Assembly: GCA_029258795.1 (NCBI GenBank)
Contig: JAPDKB010000002.1
Coordinates: 50,822-114,821 of the forward strand
Length of the DNA: 64,000 nucleotides
Origin: an archaeon
GTDB lineage: Archaea > EX4484-52 > WAPT01
Direction of reading: 5' to 3'
In this document: positions 19,751 to 27,972 of the stretch, piece after piece
How the letters are laid out: each line of letters begins with the position of its first letter
Numbering within the stretch: the stretch's first letter is position 1
The notes under the pieces: generated by a model
What the model was told of the DNA's origin: nothing
Databases searched by the model: none
Seen by the model: the letters and a program-made list of their open reading frames with translations, nothing else
Translations under genes and position numbers: made by a program

Positions 19751-20063
19751 AGCCAAAAATCCTGTATTCCACACTCCTACGAAGCAACCGTTCTTTCCTA
19801 CTAATTTTCAATTCTTCCTCCATAGCCCTCCTCAAACATTCCATTGATGCGTGAAGATAATTAATGCGATATTTTAGCTTTTCTCGTGGAGTGTTCTGGG
19901 CGAGCTCATGAAAGCAGTCACTTAACCATTTCCAGCCATCTGGATCGTCGGGATGTTCGTCAACATACTTAAGAAAAAGGTCTTTTGCCGCTTTGTAATT
20001 CCCCTCAGCATAAAGCTGCTTTGCTATGTGGTAAGGCGAGGTTATCTCTCTTATCTCAGCCAT
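19716..20063 (-). CDS. Small helical (TPR-like) protein, hypothetical
   Basis: 115-aa ORF convergent with and overlapping the helicase 3' end by 35 nt; helical repeats; weak support. Confidence 0.3.
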   Translation of the reverse strand: MAEIREITSPYHIAKQLYAEGNYKAAKDLFLKYVDEHPDDPDGWKWLSDCFHELAQNTPREKLKYRINYLHASMECLRRAMEEELKISRKERLLRRSVEYRIFGFTSCYPRRTFL

Positions 20064-20201
20064 GAAAATGAAGTAAAAATCCGCAAGTTTTAAATTTTCA
20101 ACAGATATGTTTGGAATAACAGAGTTTTCTTCGCCATCTCCTACCCAAATTCTCTCGCGTTTTCAAAAATTTTGATGGACGTTATGAATAACCTTTTTAA
20201 A

Positions 20202-20223
20202 ATTATGAACATATGTTCATAAT
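20202..20223. promoter_or_regulatory. Perfect 22-bp palindrome ATTATGAACATATGTTCATAAT abutting the operon start codon (candidate operator)
   Basis: Direct reading; extra half-site TTATGAA at ~20182-20188; A/T-rich TATA-like TTTTTAAAA just upstream; ATG of the DUF134 gene at 20224. Confidence 0.5.
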
Positions 20224-20646
20224 ATGCCCCGCAGGAAGAAGTGCAGGATGATAGGAGAGATGCCAGGAGTGCTGTTCTTCAAGCCACGTGGCATTCCAAC
20301 GAGCGATTTGGAAATTGTGGAACTTAGCATGGATGAACTTGAGGCCATCAAGCTGAAGGACATGGTGGGGCTGGATCAGGAGGAATGCGCAGAAAAGATG
20401 GGCATCTCAAGACCAACATTTCATCGCATACTCACAAAAGCGAGGAGGAAAATTGCCGATGCGATGATCAACGGCAAGGCAATAAAGCTGGATGAAAATG
20501 TGAAGCTCATCAACGCGAGAAGATTCAGATGCAGAAACTGTATGCACGAATTCACCATACCGCACGGCAGGAGAGTCGTGGATGTTACTTGTCCATCCTG
20601 CGGGAGCGGCGAGTTTGAATCACTTCACAAAATTGTATGGGGGTGA
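20224..20646 (+). CDS. DUF134-family predicted DNA-binding protein
   Basis: 140 aa; HTH-like core LDQEECAEKMGISRPTFHRILTKARRKIADAM plus C-terminal CRNC...CPSCG zinc ribbon; first gene of the NifX/MinD cluster. Confidence 0.7.
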   Translation: MPRRKKCRMIGEMPGVLFFKPRGIPTSDLEIVELSMDELEAIKLKDMVGLDQEECAEKMGISRPTFHRILTKARRKIADAMINGKAIKLDENVKLINARRFRCRNCMHEFTIPHGRRVVDVTCPSCGSGEFESLHKIVWG

Positions 20647-20652
20647 TGTTTT

Positions 20653-20877
20653 ATGCCTTGGGGGAGAGGTCTTGGAAGAATGCGCGGATGGAGATGTTTT
20701 GGTAGAGGATGGAATTTCGCTTTCTGGAGGGGGAGGGGTAGAGGAATGAGAGCTGGACCTCCGGCTAAATGTGTTTGTCCTAACTGCGGATATGAGGTGG
20801 TGCATGTTAGGGGCAGGCCATGTTCATCAGAAATCTGTCCCAAGTGCGGCAGCAGGATGGTTGGGAAGTGGGAGTAA
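20653..20877 (+). CDS. Small RG-rich zinc-ribbon protein
   Basis: 74 aa; RG/GRG repeats (GRGLGRMRGWRCFGRGW...RGRGRG) followed by CPNCG...CPKCG. Confidence 0.5.
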   Translation: MPWGRGLGRMRGWRCFGRGWNFAFWRGRGRGMRAGPPAKCVCPNCGYEVVHVRGRPCSSEICPKCGSRMVGKWE

Positions 20878-20896
20878 ATTTTGGGGGTGAGGTTAC

Positions 20897-21316
20897 ATGA
20901 AAATCTGTGTTCCAGCAACAGGAGAGGGTCTTGAGGTAAGGATATGTCCTGTATTTGGCAGAGCACCTTACTTTGTTTTTGTGGAGGTGGATGATGGAGG
21001 AAACATAACCTCATGGAACGCGGAAAAGAACCCAGCCGAGTATGCGAGGGGTGGTGCGGGCATAATGGCATCCCAGAAGGTGGTGGATGCTGGCTGTGAT
21101 GCACTCATAACCATTTCAATCGGGCCTAAAGCCTATGATGTGCTGAGAGCATCGGGAGTGAAGGTTTATGCCGGGGTGGAGGCATCGGTAAAGGATAATG
21201 TTGAAAAGCTGGTTAGAAACGAGCTGAGCGAGATGGTTGAAGCTGTGCCTGGAAGGTTCGGAAGAGGATGGAGAGGAGTAAGGGGCTTTGGAGCAGGGAG
21301 AGGGTGGAGATGGTGA
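20897..21316 (+). CDS. NifX/NafY-like (dinitrogenase FeMo-cofactor-binding fold) protein with RG-rich tail
   Basis: 139 aa; MKICVPATGEGLEVRICPVFGRAPYFVFVEVDD...GCDALITISIGPKAYDVL resembles the Nitro_FeMo-Co domain; C-terminal GRGWRGVRGFGAGRGWRW. Confidence 0.65.
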   Translation: MKICVPATGEGLEVRICPVFGRAPYFVFVEVDDGGNITSWNAEKNPAEYARGGAGIMASQKVVDAGCDALITISIGPKAYDVLRASGVKVYAGVEASVKDNVEKLVRNELSEMVEAVPGRFGRGWRGVRGFGAGRGWRW

Positions 21317-22569
21317 AGAACAGACACGCTGCTTTACGTGAGGGAATTAGGGCTATGCGTAACGTTTCCGTAGCTCTATTGCTGCTTGCTGCCCTGAAAT
21401 TTGCAGTTGGAATCATTGCCAACGCTCCCGTGCTTGTAGCGGACTCGCTCCATACCCTTGTGGATCTTTCCGCGGTGCTTGCCGTGCTTTTAGGCATAAA
21501 GCTTGCTACAAGACCTCCCTCGGAAAGGTTTCCGTACGGTTATTACAAGGCCGAATCTCTGGCAGCGCTTTTCGTTTCGGTAATCATAATGTACGGCGCG
21601 TACGAACTGGTTGGTGGGGCATTGCACAGGTGGAAGGAAGGCGCAGCCATCAACATGGTTCCGCTGGCTTCGGTTGTTGCAGCTATATCTCTGGTGCTCT
21701 CTTATATCCTTTCCAAGTATGAGGAAAGGGCAGCATTGCTGACGGGATCGGATGCCATCTCTGCCACCTCAAAAGAAGCATTGCTTGACGTCTTTTCTTC
21801 GGGCATGGTTCTGGTTTCCATCTTGCTCTCGTCAGCAGGACTTGCGTTCGTTGAAAGCGCAGTTACCATCCTCATCAGCCTGCTGGTTTTCAAGCTCGCT
21901 TTTGAAAATGTGTATTCAAGCATCATGGCTTTGATGGATGTCAGCCCTAGCAGGAAGATGGAGCAAAATGTAAGAAAAGTTCTGGAGAGCATGCCCGCCA
22001 TAGTTGGTTATAGGGACATGCGTCTCAGAAAGGCGGGCCCGTTCATATTTGGGGAGGTAACCATAATTACGGATCCAAAGCTTGATGTCGAAAAAGCCCA
22101 CAGCATTGCTGACGAGGTTGAGAGGAAAGTTATGGAAGAGGTGCCGCAGATAGAGCATCTTGTGGTGCATCTCGAGCCGTATGAGAAAGAGAAGTTGAGA
22201 GTTATCGTGCCCGTTACAGGGAATGAGGGAATGAATTCAAAACTTGCAGAACACTTCGGAAGGGCTGAAGGGTTCCTCATCTTTGAGGTTGAAAAAAAGA
22301 AGGGGAAAATGAAATTGCTTGATTTTGTCAAGAACTTGCAAAAACAAAAGAAGGTGAGAGCGGGATTAGCTGCCGCAAAACAGCTGCTGAAAAATGTCGA
22401 GTTTGATGCAGTCATAACTAAAGAGATGGGAGAGATAGCGTTTCATGTCCTGAAGGATGAGGGTAAGGATGTTTACAGGGCAAAAGGCTCTACCGCTGAA
22501 GAGGCTGTGAAGCTTTTCATGAAGGATGAGCTTGAAAAACTGGATACGCCCACAAAGGAAAAGGAGTGA
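21310..22569 (+). CDS. Cation diffusion facilitator (CDF) transporter fused to a C-terminal NifX-like domain
   Basis: CDF signature ADSLHTLVDLSAVL...RPPSERFPYGYYKAESLAALF with multiple TM helices, then LRVIVPVTGNEGMNSKLAEHFGRAEGFLIFEVE (NifX-like); ATG at 21310 overlaps the upstream stop (ATGGTGA). Confidence 0.7.
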   Translation: MVKNRHAALREGIRAMRNVSVALLLLAALKFAVGIIANAPVLVADSLHTLVDLSAVLAVLLGIKLATRPPSERFPYGYYKAESLAALFVSVIIMYGAYELVGGALHRWKEGAAINMVPLASVVAAISLVLSYILSKYEERAALLTGSDAISATSKEALLDVFSSGMVLVSILLSSAGLAFVESAVTILISLLVFKLAFENVYSSIMALMDVSPSRKMEQNVRKVLESMPAIVGYRDMRLRKAGPFIFGEVTIITDPKLDVEKAHSIADEVERKVMEEVPQIEHLVVHLEPYEKEKLRVIVPVTGNEGMNSKLAEHFGRAEGFLIFEVEKKKGKMKLLDFVKNLQKQKKVRAGLAAAKQLLKNVEFDAVITKEMGEIAFHVLKDEGKDVYRAKGSTAEEAVKLFMKDELEKLDTPTKEKE

Positions 22570-22573
22570 GGTG

Positions 22574-22918
22574 ATGCGAATGAAAATTGCCATACCGCTT
22601 GAGGAAAATAAGGGGGTTGATTCAAGAGTTGCGGAGCACTTCGGAAGGGTGAGATTCTTTCTGATATATGATACGGAAAGCGGAAGTTTTGAGGTGGTTG
22701 ATTTTGAGAAGGAGGAGGAAGGAGTCTGCAGCCCTGCGAGCTTTCTCATAGAGAGAGGTGTGCATGCCGTTTATGTGCTTGGAATGGGTTACAAAGCGAG
22801 ATGCATGCTTGAGGAAGCAGGCGTGCAGGTTCTCACAGGAGAGTACACGATAGCGAGAGACATCCTCAAAAATCTCGACCGCTTGAATAAATTTGAGGGA
22901 GGGTGTACTCATCACTGA
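22574..22918 (+). CDS. NifX/NafY-like domain protein
   Basis: MKIAIPLEENKGVDSRVAEHFGRVRFFLIYD...GVHAVYVLGMGYKARCMLEEAGVQV; RBS-like AAGGAGTGAGGTG upstream. Confidence 0.6.
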   Translation: MRMKIAIPLEENKGVDSRVAEHFGRVRFFLIYDTESGSFEVVDFEKEEEGVCSPASFLIERGVHAVYVLGMGYKARCMLEEAGVQVLTGEYTIARDILKNLDRLNKFEGGCTHH

Positions 22919-22942
22919 AGTGGAAAGTGCGGTGTGTGTTCG

Positions 22943-23815
22943 ATGCCCTTTACGATATGTGTTGTTTCAGGTAAGGGTGGTGTTGGCAAGACAACGGTAG
23001 CCGCAGCTCTCTCCAAAATATTGGCAAGAAAGTACAGGGTACTTGCGGTTGATGCGGATGTTGAATGCCCAAACCTCCACATCCTTTTGAAGGCAGGAGA
23101 GCTTGAGAAGGTGAGGGACGTTTGCACCACGCTTCCCGAGATAGATGAGAAGCGATGCATCCAATGCGGCAGGTGTGTGGAAGTGTGCAGAAAAAACGCG
23201 CTTTTCAGGAGAAAAGAAGGAGTTCCTCTCCTAATAGAAGAGCAGTGCAACGGCTGCAAGGCATGCTTCATTGTGTGTCCCACCAAAGCTATAGGGGAGA
23301 AAAAAGTTGTGATGGGAACGATAAGGAAGCGCGTGATCGAAAATGACAGGCTGGTTTTGCTATCCGGAGAGTTAGAGGTGGGACAGGAGGAGCCGACACC
23401 TGTTGTCAGAGAGCTGATGAGGGAGGTTGAAGCTGTAAAGCGTGATTTCGATTTTGTGGTGGTGGATGCAGCTCCCGGCGTGAAGTGCAACGTGGCTGCA
23501 GCTCTCGAGGGATGCGATCACACCTTGCTTGTTGTGGAGCCGACACCTTTCGGTGTTGAAGATGCGAAGCGAGTTGCGGAGCTAATCAAAATTATAGGTG
23601 TGGATGCTCATGTTGTCATCAACAGGTCTGTAAAGCGGGAGGAAGATGAGAAGAGAGTAATGGGTAGCGTACCATTTTCTGTAATCTGTACTTTACCCTA
23701 CTCCACGGAAGCCGTTAGACTCTATGTGGCAGGAGATGTGGAAAAGATGGAAGGTATAGGGGATATCGCAAAAGCTGTGGAGAAGCTTGCGGAGCTTTCG
23801 GGTGAGGAGGGATGA
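22943..23815 (+). CDS. MinD/ParA-superfamily P-loop ATPase with inserted 4Fe-4S ferredoxin domain
   Basis: Deviant Walker A VVSGKGGVGKTT; two Cys clusters CIQCGRCVEVC and CNGCKACFIVCP. Confidence 0.75.
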   Translation: MPFTICVVSGKGGVGKTTVAAALSKILARKYRVLAVDADVECPNLHILLKAGELEKVRDVCTTLPEIDEKRCIQCGRCVEVCRKNALFRRKEGVPLLIEEQCNGCKACFIVCPTKAIGEKKVVMGTIRKRVIENDRLVLLSGELEVGQEEPTPVVRELMREVEAVKRDFDFVVVDAAPGVKCNVAAALEGCDHTLLVVEPTPFGVEDAKRVAELIKIIGVDAHVVINRSVKREEDEKRVMGSVPFSVICTLPYSTEAVRLYVAGDVEKMEGIGDIAKAVEKLAELSGEEG

Positions 23816-24693
23816 AGAAAGTTGTGGTTGCATCCGGAAAGGGAGGGACGGGCAAAACAACCATCGCGTCAAGCCTCGCGGTGACGGCAGCAAAGCATTG
23901 TAAAGTGGTGGTGGCTGACTGTGATGTTGACGCTCCCAACTTGAAGCTGATTCTGGGGAAAGATAATATGGATGGCTTTGATTTTGTGGAGGTCAGCACG
24001 TCGGAGAAGGCATGTGTGGGTGAGCAGCGCTGCATCAACTGCGGGAGGTGTGTTGAAGCGTGTCAGTTTAATGCCATGCAGTGGGACAACAAGAAAAAGC
24101 TACCGAAGGTCAAGAAGATTTACTGCGAGGGTTGCGGAGCATGCCAGCTTGTGTGTCCAGCTGGAGCCATAGAAATAAAGGCTGTTAGAAACGGTAGAGT
24201 GGGGTGGGGAAAGCTAAGCCCAAATCTCTGGCTGGTTTTCGGTGAGCTTTACGTGGGAGAGTCAGCAAGTGGTAAAATAGTGGTGGATGTGAAGAAGAAA
24301 GCTCTCGAGCTTGCAAGAAATATAAATGCTGACCTGTTCATTGTTGATGCTTCCGCAGGTATAGGATGTCCCGTGATAGCATCCATGGCGTTCATGGATC
24401 ACGCTCTCATCGTTGCGGAGCCCACACCCTCAAGCGTCAGCGACATGGAAAGGATGCTCATGCTGGCGGAACACTTCAGGATGGAAAAGAGCGTGGTGAT
24501 AAATAAAGCCGGGCTGAGCGAGAGATGGCGAAAGGAAATAGAGACCATGGCATCGAGATATGATGCGGAAATCATAGCCACAATTCCGCACGACATGAGA
24601 GTTATGAATTCTGTATCAAGGCTCGTTCCTCTTGTTGAATATGAAGCCTCTTATCTTCCTTTATTCGAAAAAATTCTGACAAGATTACTCTGA
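23812..24693 (+). CDS. MinD/ParA-superfamily P-loop ATPase with ferredoxin domain (paralog)
   Basis: VASGKGGTGKTT; CINCGRCVEAC and CEGCGACQLVCP; start overlaps upstream stop (ATGA). Confidence 0.75.
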   Translation: MKKVVVASGKGGTGKTTIASSLAVTAAKHCKVVVADCDVDAPNLKLILGKDNMDGFDFVEVSTSEKACVGEQRCINCGRCVEACQFNAMQWDNKKKLPKVKKIYCEGCGACQLVCPAGAIEIKAVRNGRVGWGKLSPNLWLVFGELYVGESASGKIVVDVKKKALELARNINADLFIVDASAGIGCPVIASMAFMDHALIVAEPTPSSVSDMERMLMLAEHFRMEKSVVINKAGLSERWRKEIETMASRYDAEIIATIPHDMRVMNSVSRLVPLVEYEASYLPLFEKILTRLL

Positions 24694-25173
24694 AAAGAAC
24701 AGCTTCCTGTAATTCTCTGCTAGCTTAACAACCACAACCTTCCCTTCTTTCTCCCTGCTCACCACCCCTCTCTTCTCCAGCCTCTGCACAGCCCTGAAAA
24801 CGCGCAGCTTATCAAGCCTTGCCTGCTTTGCTATCCTTGCCTGTGTACTCTCTCCACCGCTTTCAAGCAAGATCTTCATAACTCTGGCCTCATCATCTCT
24901 GAGCAAGCTAAGCAATAGCTTCTTTTGCTGCGTTTCATTTCTGAAGCGGGGAGAAAGAAGGTAGTAGGTCGTGGTGCCTATGAAAAGGCCGAGCACCCCT
25001 ATGAAAGGAATAAAGAGGTAAACGGGAATGGCACAGGCGCAAATATCTCCTTCGTACACATGTTCCTGCACGTAAAGGGAAGAGAGAGCAACTATAAAAA
25101 CAAAGATGGACAGAATAAGCATTGCAAGTATGATTTTTTTATGGAGAGTTTTGAATGATAACGAGCTGTCCAT
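24685..25173 (-). CDS. Membrane-anchored winged-helix transcriptional regulator (hypothetical)
   Basis: 162 aa; two N-terminal TM helices, then an HTH-like segment ARVMKILLESGGESTQARIAKQARLDKLRVFRAVQRLEKRGVV. Confidence 0.5.
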   Translation of the reverse strand: MDSSLSFKTLHKKIILAMLILSIFVFIVALSSLYVQEHVYEGDICACAIPVYLFIPFIGVLGLFIGTTTYYLLSPRFRNETQQKKLLLSLLRDDEARVMKILLESGGESTQARIAKQARLDKLRVFRAVQRLEKRGVVSREKEGKVVVVKLAENYRKLFFSE

Positions 25174-25231
25174 GTATCTGGCATGAGCGGAGAAAAACTT
25201 TTATATATATCTTTGGGTGCAATTAAAGGTA

Positions 25232-26164
25232 ATGCCCGCAAAAAAGCAGAGCTTTGGAGAATTTTTGAAGGATAATGTGGCAACGTCTTTCAAGCATGCG
25301 ATCCACAGCAGGAGTTTTGTGATAGTTTATCTTTTTCATCTCGTGTTTTTCTCGGCGATGATTTACACAGCATTAAAAATGGTTCCTTCTTTTCTCCAAC
25401 TGAGCATCGCTCAAGAAATGGGGATCGGGCTTGCTGCAGGCACGAACACAGCCGGAATTCTAATGACGCAGTTCGTATACTTGGGAGTGATATTTATCAT
25501 ATACTGGCTCCTCAGCTATGTCATAACGGTTGCAGTGCTGGTGGGATTTGATGAGATGAGACGCACCAAAAAAGAGGGAAGGTTTCTTGATCACTTCGTT
25601 TACGGGTTTTATCGGCTGCCCACATTGATAGGCATAGCTATCGTTTCCGCCTTGCTCATGCTTCCCGGTGCAATACTATCCGAGCTGGTCAAGAAGGTGT
25701 CATTGACTGCCGGAAGCTTTGTTTATGACGTTTATTCCATTGTTCTCACACTGACCATTTTGCTTGCTGTGCCATATGCCGTGCTGAAGAAGGAAGGCAT
25801 CCTGAGTTCCATCAAGAAATCCTACCGTGCCTTTAAGGACAATCCCGTCGAGATTCTGATCTCCTATCTTGTGGGGGTCGCGGTCTCGCTCTCTGTTGTG
25901 CTCGCATTTCTCGTGCCGGTTGGTGTTGTGCTGGTCATGAAGCTCTCTCCAGCCATATCACCACTCTTACAGCAGCTGGGTGGCGCAGCACAACAAAACC
26001 CGCAGCTTATGGTGGGTTCAATCTCCGGAATAGTAACCGCACTTTATCAGCACCGTTACTGGCTCATTGGAGGTTATGTTGTTGGCATTGTGGGTTTCAC
26101 ACTTTCTTACCTTTTCTGGGCTTCTTATCTAGTAGGGTTGTTCAGGAGGTACGGGAGAAAGTAA
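25232..26164 (+). CDS. Polytopic membrane protein (hypothetical)
   Basis: ~310 aa with at least 6 hydrophobic helices; ATG at 25232 within ORF 25217..26164. Confidence 0.45.
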   Translation: MPAKKQSFGEFLKDNVATSFKHAIHSRSFVIVYLFHLVFFSAMIYTALKMVPSFLQLSIAQEMGIGLAAGTNTAGILMTQFVYLGVIFIIYWLLSYVITVAVLVGFDEMRRTKKEGRFLDHFVYGFYRLPTLIGIAIVSALLMLPGAILSELVKKVSLTAGSFVYDVYSIVLTLTILLAVPYAVLKKEGILSSIKKSYRAFKDNPVEILISYLVGVAVSLSVVLAFLVPVGVVLVMKLSPAISPLLQQLGGAAQQNPQLMVGSISGIVTALYQHRYWLIGGYVVGIVGFTLSYLFWASYLVGLFRRYGRK

Positions 26165-26244
26165 TTCGTTGATTGACGGTATTCTCTGAAGGGTGAATTC
26201 TAATGTTTTAAAAATTTAAAGTGTAACTATCAAGCGGTGAAATT

Positions 26245-26874
26245 ATGAATGATGATCGGGTAAATAAAATTAAAATCATGTATGTTTTAATCCCGGTGCC
26301 TGTATCGAAATCTCCATTTATTGAAAATGAACACAAAACCTATTCTGAAAAGAGCAAGTCTGGTGTGATACATCCAGAAATACTTTCTGCTGGTTTTGCA
26401 GCATCCCTTTTTGAGGATAAGCATTTTGAGCGCATTTATAAAAAGGTCGCGCGAAGATTTGGGAATCATTTAGGAAGTAGAACGTATGATGTCAAAAACA
26501 GAGGTTCTCTTCCACTAATGGTCATTGAGGCATGCTCAAAAGCTGTGGGTCTAGATGCTTTGGATCCTGAAGAAATTTATATCCAGAATTTATTGGAATT
26601 CAAAAGAAACAAAGAATATCGAATTCAGGTTTTGAAAGAGTGTTCTGAGATGAGCAAGGGAGCGAGGTACAAAGACAAGTATGTGGAGGTCATACGCCAA
26701 TTCTTGGGCGATATACCTTGGTACAAGAGAATAACGGAGAAATTAAAGGGCAAGCAGGGTGACGATTTTGAGAATATGGAAGGACTGGGTAAAGAGATTC
26801 ATGAACACATTATCGATGGTTATTTCATCTTACATGATTACCTCCAACAAAAATCGTGTGAATGTTACGGGTGA
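26245..26874 (+). CDS. Hypothetical protein (ORFan, AT-rich island)
   Basis: 209-aa ORF, AT-rich codon usage distinct from neighbours; no recognisable motifs. Confidence 0.4.
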   Translation: MNDDRVNKIKIMYVLIPVPVSKSPFIENEHKTYSEKSKSGVIHPEILSAGFAASLFEDKHFERIYKKVARRFGNHLGSRTYDVKNRGSLPLMVIEACSKAVGLDALDPEEIYIQNLLEFKRNKEYRIQVLKECSEMSKGARYKDKYVEVIRQFLGDIPWYKRITEKLKGKQGDDFENMEGLGKEIHEHIIDGYFILHDYLQQKSCECYG

Positions 26875-27971
26875 TGCATATGCAGGCTATGGAGCTTCCA
26901 CCACTATTTAAGGAAACAGAGGAAAAATACGAAGTGCATAGGTTGCCTGAGTATATAATTACTGATAAAGAAGTTAAAGATGAGAAAAAAGCTAACTCAT
27001 ACCGTGATAGCGGATATTTCGTTGTAGAGGGTAAAGTATATTCACTACCTCCAGAAGTTCCGGCAGCAGGACTTGCTTCTTCAAGATGGGATGATGACGA
27101 GATAGTAGAATATTATCTAAACTACCTTATCAGAGATTTTATCCCTAAAGAAAAGAAAAAGTTCGTTGAACACTATATTGATAACCCATTATCTATAGCT
27201 AAAACCTTGGGTCCCGAAAATATAATTTTGAGAGTTTTTGGTAAGGAAAGTATGAAGGATAAAAAAATTTATGAAGAAAAGGTAAAAGACACGGATCAAG
27301 ATAAGCTGCGCGGATTACTTCCTGCTATCTGGGCAGAATATTATTTTCAGAATCCATTTTATCATATGTCCTACAGCCCGTATGAAGAGCTGAAAGAAGG
27401 AACAACGGCTAAAGACATATACCTTCTGTGTATTCACGGATTCCGTGACAATCCTAAATATAAGGAGAAAGCTCTACACACTTGGGGTAAGTGGAGCGAG
27501 CTTGTAGGGCACACGGATGATCCTCTTATCGAGAAATACCGCATTCTCAGTACAGACCCAGAAATGGAGACCAGACTGAGACGTGAGACCATGGAACTTC
27601 TGGCGGCACCTATTGCTGCCGGAACGATTCTCGGTGTCGGAACATTATCCACAGCGCTCCTCGCACAGACAGATGTGCTCAAGTGGGGCTTGAAGGCAGG
27701 ATTTGAAGCTTACAAACACACAGGTGTTACGGGTGCGATTCCAGCACTAGCATATGGAGCGGTCGCGATTCCCGGATTCATAATCGGCGGTACTGCAGGT
27801 TGGCTGGTCTACAACATCCTCGGAAAAATGGGTGGAGAGAAAATAAGTGAAGGAAAAATACGAAGGATAGAGGAGGATAAAAGCAGGGTGAGGACAGAGC
27901 TTGAAAAAGACATGGAAATCTATCAGAATCTTGCAGACAGTTACTACCGGATGTTAAGAGCTTTGGAATGA
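26862..27971 (+). CDS. Hypothetical protein with C-terminal glycine-zipper membrane segment
   Basis: 369 aa; soluble N-terminal part, then AAPIAAGTILGVGTLSTALLAQ...GVTGAIPALAYGAVAIPGFIIGGTAGWLVYNILG, then a charged coiled-coil tail. Confidence 0.45.
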   Translation: MLRVMHMQAMELPPLFKETEEKYEVHRLPEYIITDKEVKDEKKANSYRDSGYFVVEGKVYSLPPEVPAAGLASSRWDDDEIVEYYLNYLIRDFIPKEKKKFVEHYIDNPLSIAKTLGPENIILRVFGKESMKDKKIYEEKVKDTDQDKLRGLLPAIWAEYYFQNPFYHMSYSPYEELKEGTTAKDIYLLCIHGFRDNPKYKEKALHTWGKWSELVGHTDDPLIEKYRILSTDPEMETRLRRETMELLAAPIAAGTILGVGTLSTALLAQTDVLKWGLKAGFEAYKHTGVTGAIPALAYGAVAIPGFIIGGTAGWLVYNILGKMGGEKISEGKIRRIEEDKSRVRTELEKDMEIYQNLADSYYRMLRALE

Positions 27972-27972
27972 A

